From: Synechocystis sp. PCC 6803 substr. PCC-P
Lineage (GTDB): Bacteria; Cyanobacteriota; Cyanobacteriia; Cyanobacteriales; Microcystaceae
Reading direction: 5' to 3'
Assembly (NCBI RefSeq): GCF_000284455.1
Contig: NC_017039.1
Coordinates: forward strand, 2,730,001 to 2,762,000
DNA length: 32,000 bases
The stretch's first letter is position 1. Every line of letters starts with the position of its first letter. The position numbers and the translations under genes were made by a program. This document shows positions 27,491 to 32,000 of the stretch, piece after piece. The notes under the pieces are model-generated. The model worked only from the letters and a program-made list of their open reading frames with translations. It did no database searches and was not told the origin of the DNA.

Positions 27491-27635
27491 GCTCAGCCGA
27501 ACGGGGAAATTTTTTAACTCAAGGATAAATTTCTCTGAAACTCTATTAATTATAATCTATCTGCCCCTAGCATCAGAGATTAAAGCAAGAACACCATTTG
27601 GTTAATGTAGGGAGTCACAGGGCGATCGCCGTTAA

Positions 27636-28208
27636 TCAAAGATCCTTAAAAATTTCATTAACAGTTAACGATAACTGGGGAAACGTAGGGGACTGAATTG
27701 CCATTACCTCTTTAAAATTACCTACTTCCTGATAACAACCGGCTAATAATTCTAAAACCAAGACCGTTTGGGTTTGGGGATCGACAATCCAATATTCAGG
27801 AATGCCACAGGCTTGATATTGTTGACGCTTCGCAATGTAGTCCCGCTCCCGTTGTAATTCCCCCGGACTGACAACTTCCACCACTAGCAAGGGCGGTAAC
27901 ATCGATAACCGAATCGTATTGCGTTTAGCTAATTGGGCAATATGCTCTTCTCGAATAATCGTCAAATCAGGAAAACGGTTTTTGGGTTCGCCGTGAACTT
28001 CTAGTTCTAAACCGTGTCCCCGTACCCGTCGATAACCGACAATTTCAGCAAATTTGAGCAGTAAAAATGTGGCAATTTGAAAGTTTAAACCCGATTCCGT
28101 CGGCACAGCGATTAATTCCCCATTGAATAATTCATAGAGTTGATCAGTATCGTCTTCGTACGCAAGATACTCGTCAAAGCTTTTAAAGCGGGGTTGGAGC
28201 GCTAACAT
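27636..28208 (-). CDS. Uma2 (DUF820) family putative PD-(D/E)xK endonuclease
   Basis: YELFNGELIAVP...PDLTIIREE...PLLVVEVVSPGELQRERDYIAKRQQYQACGIPEYWIVDP is the family signature. Confidence 0.8.
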   Translation of the reverse strand: MLALQPRFKSFDEYLAYEDDTDQLYELFNGELIAVPTESGLNFQIATFLLLKFAEIVGYRRVRGHGLELEVHGEPKNRFPDLTIIREEHIAQLAKRNTIRLSMLPPLLVVEVVSPGELQRERDYIAKRQQYQACGIPEYWIVDPQTQTVLVLELLAGCYQEVGNFKEVMAIQSPTFPQLSLTVNEIFKDL

Positions 28209-28264
28209 AGGCTACCGTTTTCAGAAATAATTAGGCTTTTATTCTAACGATTTAGTAATTTTAT

Positions 28265-28515
28265 GGCGATCGCCAAATTTGAATTTCCCCTGCAAAAGTC
28301 AGGGCGACGGCTTTATATTACGGGCTTCTTTGCCCCAAAAGAGTCGGATATTACCGATGTTTTTCCTTTGCAAGCTTTGACAGTGGGGGAAATAGCAGCG
28401 GAATATGCGAGAGAACTATTTGCTGGCGATAATTACACCGATTGTCTCTACCCAAAATAGTCCGACCAGGGCGATCATGGCCTATCATCCCACTGCCATG
28501 CACTTTAGTACTTAA
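28265..28515 (+). pseudogene. metH: Decayed remnant of a metH 3' end (in-frame ~249-nt internal deletion plus a premature TAG at 28458-28460)
   Basis: The track ORF at 28263-28460 translates [62 protein letters not shown], against met[63 protein letters not shown]. The tail 28452-28515 aligns to the last 63 nt of metH. It ends 1 nt from the convergent pmbA stop. Confidence 0.85.
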
Positions 28516-28516
28516 C

Positions 28517-29857
28517 CTACTCCCCGGTAATGGCCAATCCTTCCACCCAAACTAGGGGACACACTCCCCCTGGGGTGACTTCTGCTTCCGGTTCCAGGTA
28601 AACAATAGTTTTTAAGACTTCTAAAAAGTCCCCTGCCACGGTGGCCGCATCAATACTCTGCTTTTCACCCTTATTTACTAACCAACCATCAAAAGGTAAG
28701 GAAAAGGAACCTTGGAGGGAATTGACCCCGGCGTGGAGAGCTTGGAGTTTATCGATATAAACTACGTTTTCTGCTTGATCAAGACTGTAGCTTTTTTCAG
28801 CAGTTTTCTCGCTATACACATGGTAAAAGTGGGCTCCGACGGTGATTTTAGACCCGATGTTAGCGTGGCCAGTGGGTTGGGTATCAAACCGCTTAGCAGT
28901 GCCAGCGCTGTGTAATAAGCCAGTTAAAACCCCATTTTTAATAATGTCCACTCTCCGGGTGGGGGTTCCTTCGCCGTCAAACCGTTCCGCTGAGATATTC
29001 CCTGGGTGCAGAGCATCATCGCTGACACAGAGCAGTTCACTGGCGATCGCCGTGCCGAGGGTTTCCTTGGTAGCTAAGGACTGTTTATCGAGGATACTTT
29101 GGGCATTGTAAAGGTTAGAAAAAGCACCGAGCAAACTCAAAAAAGCCCGGGCGGAAAAGACGACGGTGTATTTTCCGGTGGGGATGGGGCGGTAATCCAG
29201 ATGGCTAAGGGTTTTCTCTTTAACTGTTTGTAAGCAACCATCAATGTCGAGGCTGGCCAAATCCCGACTAATTTTCATTTCTCCGGCACTGCGGGGTTTT
29301 TTACCTTCCTGTTCTGCCCGACTGTAAAGATAAATGGAAGCATAGGAACGGCATTCATAGCGTTTGGCCCCAGCACTGTTCAGGTAAAACCGCTCCGTGG
29401 TCTGTTCCGATAAACCGTTGTAGGGCACCCCGGTGATGGCGGGATGGCTGGCCAATAAGTCCTGCTCAGCTTTAACTAGTGTGGTAATTAAATCCCCCAT
29501 AGGGGCCGGCTCCGCCACGTCATTCTCTGCGCCACCGATGGGCACTTGGGCTTCGGGGCTGAAGTCGGGAATATTATCTGTGATGCCAAAAGCACTGGCT
29601 TCGGCGGCGGTTTCCAGGGCTAAACTAATGCCGGCTTGGTCCAAATCCGTGGTGCTGGTTACCCCCACCAAACCCTTTTCGTTCCAGACTCGCACAATTA
29701 CACTGGCCCGGTTTGACGCTTCCACCTGCTTCGGTTCTCCAGAATCCACCTCCACTCCGGCATCATCCACGGAAGAACCGTAGATGTCATATTGTTTAAT
29801 TCCCAGTGCAGCGGCTCCCTGGTGAGCATGGTCGGCGATCGCCTGAATATCGAGCAT
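28517..29857 (-). CDS. pmbA: PmbA/TldE family metalloprotease component
   Basis: This is a full-length 446-aa ORF whose sequence resembles the PmbA/TldD family throughout (e.g. VRVWNEKGLVGVTSTTDL, RFDGEGTPTRR, GSFSLPFDGWLV). Confidence 0.8.
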   Translation of the reverse strand: MLDIQAIADHAHQGAAALGIKQYDIYGSSVDDAGVEVDSGEPKQVEASNRASVIVRVWNEKGLVGVTSTTDLDQAGISLALETAAEASAFGITDNIPDFSPEAQVPIGGAENDVAEPAPMGDLITTLVKAEQDLLASHPAITGVPYNGLSEQTTERFYLNSAGAKRYECRSYASIYLYSRAEQEGKKPRSAGEMKISRDLASLDIDGCLQTVKEKTLSHLDYRPIPTGKYTVVFSARAFLSLLGAFSNLYNAQSILDKQSLATKETLGTAIASELLCVSDDALHPGNISAERFDGEGTPTRRVDIIKNGVLTGLLHSAGTAKRFDTQPTGHANIGSKITVGAHFYHVYSEKTAEKSYSLDQAENVVYIDKLQALHAGVNSLQGSFSLPFDGWLVNKGEKQSIDAATVAGDFLEVLKTIVYLEPEAEVTPGGVCPLVWVEGLAITGE

Positions 29858-29941
29858 AGTCTTGTCAATGGTGGACTGAATAATTCCAATTTAGCGAATG
29901 GACGGGGTCGAAAGCTATCCAAACTTCGCGAGAAAGGGTTT

Positions 29942-30781
29942 TTAGCTCAAGCTCAAAAATTTGTCTAGGGCACTGATCACACTGGGGGGCCAACGGCGGA
30001 TCTGTTTCACCCAGTCCAGATCTTGGTAACGGCTATCTACCCCCACAGCGGCCACCCAATTACTTTCCGCTTCCCCCTGTTGGCCATCTACCCAGAGCAC
30101 AGCGGTGAGGGCGGCCCGCATATCCGCAAACATGGGATATTTTTTCACCAGACGACGCATGGTTTGAATGGCTTCGGTTTTTTGTCCCAATTCGTACAAC
30201 GCTAGGGCAGTATTGGCCTGGGCAAAGGCAAAATTAGGGGCGATCGCCGTGGCTTGCTGGAAATCTTCCAATGCACTGGTCCAATTCCCTAGACCCCCTT
30301 CTGCATTACCCCGATTATTGTAGGCAAAGGCATCTTCCGGGTTAACGGCTAAAACCCGATTATAGTCAGCGATGGCGGCTTTAAATTCCCCTTTAGCTTC
30401 CAAGGCAGTGCCCCGGTTGAGGTAAGGATCCGTTTGTTCCGGTGCCAACTCAATGGCCTGGTTAAAATCGGCGATCGCCTCGTCCAATTTGTTTTGGCTA
30501 ACCCGGGAATTACCCCGATTGCTCCACACAGCCGGATTCTGGGGAAACTTTTCGATCAATTCCGTCCAATATTTCTCGGCGGTGACAAAATCCCCTGCTT
30601 CAGTGGCAGCAAAGGCTTTATCCGTCAGGCTATCTCCCACTTCTAACTGTTCATCGGTAAGGGGAATGGGGCTTTCCGTTGCCCAGACTGGGGAAGGAAA
30701 AAACAGCAACAAACCTACCAACACAATGCCCCAGAGGGAGGGCATAAGCAAAGCAAAATATTTTCGTAGAAGGGAAAGCAT
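29942..30781 (-). CDS. TPR-repeat protein with an N-terminal signal/anchor
   Basis: The N-terminus is hydrophobic (LMPSLWGIVLVGLLLFFPSPVWA). At least five 34-aa TPR units follow (e.g. AVWSNRGNSRVSQNKLDEAIADFNQAIELAP, PYLNRGTALEAKGEFKAAIADYNRVLAVNP). Confidence 0.8.
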   Translation of the reverse strand: MLSLLRKYFALLMPSLWGIVLVGLLLFFPSPVWATESPIPLTDEQLEVGDSLTDKAFAATEAGDFVTAEKYWTELIEKFPQNPAVWSNRGNSRVSQNKLDEAIADFNQAIELAPEQTDPYLNRGTALEAKGEFKAAIADYNRVLAVNPEDAFAYNNRGNAEGGLGNWTSALEDFQQATAIAPNFAFAQANTALALYELGQKTEAIQTMRRLVKKYPMFADMRAALTAVLWVDGQQGEAESNWVAAVGVDSRYQDLDWVKQIRRWPPSVISALDKFLSLS

Positions 30782-30875
30782 TAAAAAAATCTGGAGTTGG
30801 GAATGGGATCAACTGGATGCAACTCATTGTAAATTTTCTCCGCGGTAATCTTCAAATTATTGCGCCCCGGTGAAC

Positions 30876-30904
30876 TTGACTTCCGACCGACCGGACGGTA
30901 TCTT
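30876..30904 (+). promoter_or_regulatory. Candidate promoter of the TetR-MATE operon, with overlapping repeat boxes
   Basis: TTGACT (30876-30881), a 17-nt spacer, then TATCTT (30899-30904). GGACGGT boxes lie at 30893-30899 and 30923-30929. The inverted repeat GTCCA-N6-TGGAC lies at 30911-30926. Confidence 0.3.
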
Positions 30905-30997
30905 GAAAGTGTCCAACCAACTGGACGGTTTAATTATTTCCAGGTCTTCTGTCAATTTAAAAAAGAATATTTGCATTATCTGCGGAGGCGAAATTAT

Positions 30998-31561
30998 ATG
31001 GTTTCTGGAAAAAGGCTTCGTTCCAAGTCCATCCAACCCAGCCAACTACTAACTGCGGCTAATCAAGTCATTGTTAGTCAAGGGGTGGACGCCCTCACCT
31101 TGGATGCGGTGGCTAGTGAAGCAGGGGTGAGCAAAGGCGGATTGTTACACTACTTTCCCACCAAGGAGGCTTTAATTGCGGGCATGGTTCAGCAGGCCCT
31201 AGACAGGTTTGTGGAAACATTGCATCAGGAACTTGCCAATGATCCAGCCCCCGACACCCCAGGGCATTGGGTTAGGGCTTATATTCGAGCCTCAGCGCTA
31301 GACGACCAGGAAAATTATGAACTCCATTTCAATTTGCTGGCCGCAAACTTCACCAATCCTGAATTGTTGGCCCCCATGCGACATTTTTGGCAAGAGTGCC
31401 ATGGGCAGATTATGGCTAGCGGGCTCGATCCGGCCGTAGCAACGGTGATTCGATTAGCTATGGACGGTCTTTGGTTAACCCACTTACACGGTTTTGCTCC
31501 CCTGGAAGACCCCCTGCGCTCCCAGGTCATTGCCACTGCTCTGAAACTGGCCCAGCTATAG
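30998..31561 (+). CDS. prqR: TetR-family transcriptional repressor
   Basis: The HTH is TLDAVASEAGVSKGGLLHYFPTKEALI. ATG 30998, preceded by GGAGG, is preferred over the track start 30860. The symbol comes from remembered PCC 6803 synteny (slr0895/slr0896 next to sll0886/sll0887) and is less certain than the family. Confidence 0.75.
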   Translation: MVSGKRLRSKSIQPSQLLTAANQVIVSQGVDALTLDAVASEAGVSKGGLLHYFPTKEALIAGMVQQALDRFVETLHQELANDPAPDTPGHWVRAYIRASALDDQENYELHFNLLAANFTNPELLAPMRHFWQECHGQIMASGLDPAVATVIRLAMDGLWLTHLHGFAPLEDPLRSQVIATALKLAQL

Positions 31562-31694
31562 TTTCCCAATTTTTCATCTTTTGCCGACGTTTGCCAAATG
31601 GTTTCCAGCGCTGGTTGGTGGCTCTAGGGAATATCTTTAGAGAAAATTTGTTTTTTCATATTTAATAACTATTTTAGTTCTTTGGGTCAATGCT

Positions 31695-32000
31695 ATGACA
31701 GATATTTCAATGCGATTTGGCATGCAAGCAGAGGCCCGTGAATTTCTTAAATTAGCAGTGCCCCTGGCCGGTGCTCAAATGGCTCAGGCGGCAACGGGAT
31801 TTGTCGATACGGTCATGATGGGTTGGCTGGGGCAGGATGTGCTGGCGGCGGGGGGATTAGCCACTATGATCTTTATGGCATTTATGATGACTGGGGTGGG
31901 ATTAATCTCCGGGGTCAGCCCCCTAGTGGCAGAGGCCTATGGCGCTGGCCAAACCCGGCGCATTGGGCAATTAACTCGTCAGGGTTTATGGATTGTCCTA
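31695..32000 (+). CDS. prqA: MATE-family multidrug efflux transporter (N-terminal 102 aa; continues beyond the window end)
   Basis: Hand-translated from ATG 31695: MTDISMRFGMQAEAREFLKLAVPLAGAQMAQAATGFVDTVMMGWLGQDVLAAGGLATMIF. This is the typical NorM/MATE N-terminus. It is absent from the track because it runs off the right edge. The symbol is from memory. Confidence 0.75.
   Translation, partial: MTDISMRFGMQAEAREFLKLAVPLAGAQMAQAATGFVDTVMMGWLGQDVLAAGGLATMIFMAFMMTGVGLISGVSPLVAEAYGAGQTRRIGQLTRQGLWIVL

Larger units (their letters stand above)
22442..28264. mobile_element. Putative horizontally acquired genomic (defence) island inserted at the metH 3' end; no integrase or transposase visible
   Basis: It is bounded by the metH 3' end on the left and a degraded metH 3' duplicate on the right. 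Segment 22442-27621 is AT-rich and has no HIP1 site. The cargo is hicAB, vapB/psi-vapC, STAND-TM and Uma2. Confidence 0.55.
291..30478. repeat. Dispersed HIP1 octamers (GCGATCGC), the hallmark cyanobacterial highly iterated palindrome
   Basis: My manual scan found copies starting at 291, 1583, 2319, 4117, 4466, 4769, 8031, 8953, 9222, 9512, 9796, 10133, 12472, 12837, 15664, 16808, 16991, 17814, 19410, 20318, 21944, 27622, 28265, 29043, 29835, 30240 and 30471. I may have missed some. Confidence 0.85.

Noticed and set aside
28263-28460. A 65-aa ORF that could be read as a novel small gene
   Set aside because: It is the translated remnant of a duplicated metH 3' segment. The Met is simply the track's rendering of an alternative start, and the frame ends at a premature TAG.
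1-32000. A search for CRISPR arrays, tRNA/rRNA genes, IS elements, integrases and long tandem repeats
   Set aside because: I saw no regularly spaced direct repeats, no cloverleaf-like conserved tRNA motifs in the intergenic regions, and no transposase- or recombinase-like ORF. The absence is by eye only and should be confirmed with tRNAscan-SE, Infernal, ISEScan and CRISPR finders.

Overview
This is a cyanobacterial chromosomal window, almost certainly Synechocystis (PCC 6803-like). The HIP1 octamer GCGATCGC occurs about 27 times by my manual scan. The backbone genes are core cyanobacterial: a group-2 sigma factor, an HdrB-like CCG protein, yggT, ndhS, an ABCD-type ABC transporter, an HlyD-type adaptor, DHNA-CoA thioesterase, gltX, ftrV, a histidine kinase, yidD, metH, pmbA, a TPR protein, and a TetR+MATE pair resembling prqR/prqA. 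Locus-tag and symbol assignments come from memory of the PCC 6803 gene order and are not verified. Two AT-rich, HIP1-free insertions interrupt the backbone. (1) About 5.63-6.98 kb: a hicAB toxin-antitoxin pair plus an orphan PD-(D/E)xK-like protein, wedged between the adaptor gene and the ABC transporter gene. (2) About 22.44-28.26 kb: an island directly after metH, bounded on the right by a decayed duplicate of the metH 3' end. It carries a second hicAB pair, a vapB antitoxin with a frameshifted and truncated vapC, a 1,319-aa NACHT-type STAND NTPase with a long helical-repeat body and a C-terminal glycine-zipper transmembrane helix, and a Uma2 (DUF820) nuclease. The STAND-TM protein and its neighbourhood are my best candidate for an undescribed defence system. 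Also noted: a one-base frame break that splits the ABC transporter, and ndhS, which is below the ORF-track length cutoff. I recognised no rRNA, tRNA, CRISPR array, transposase or integrase.
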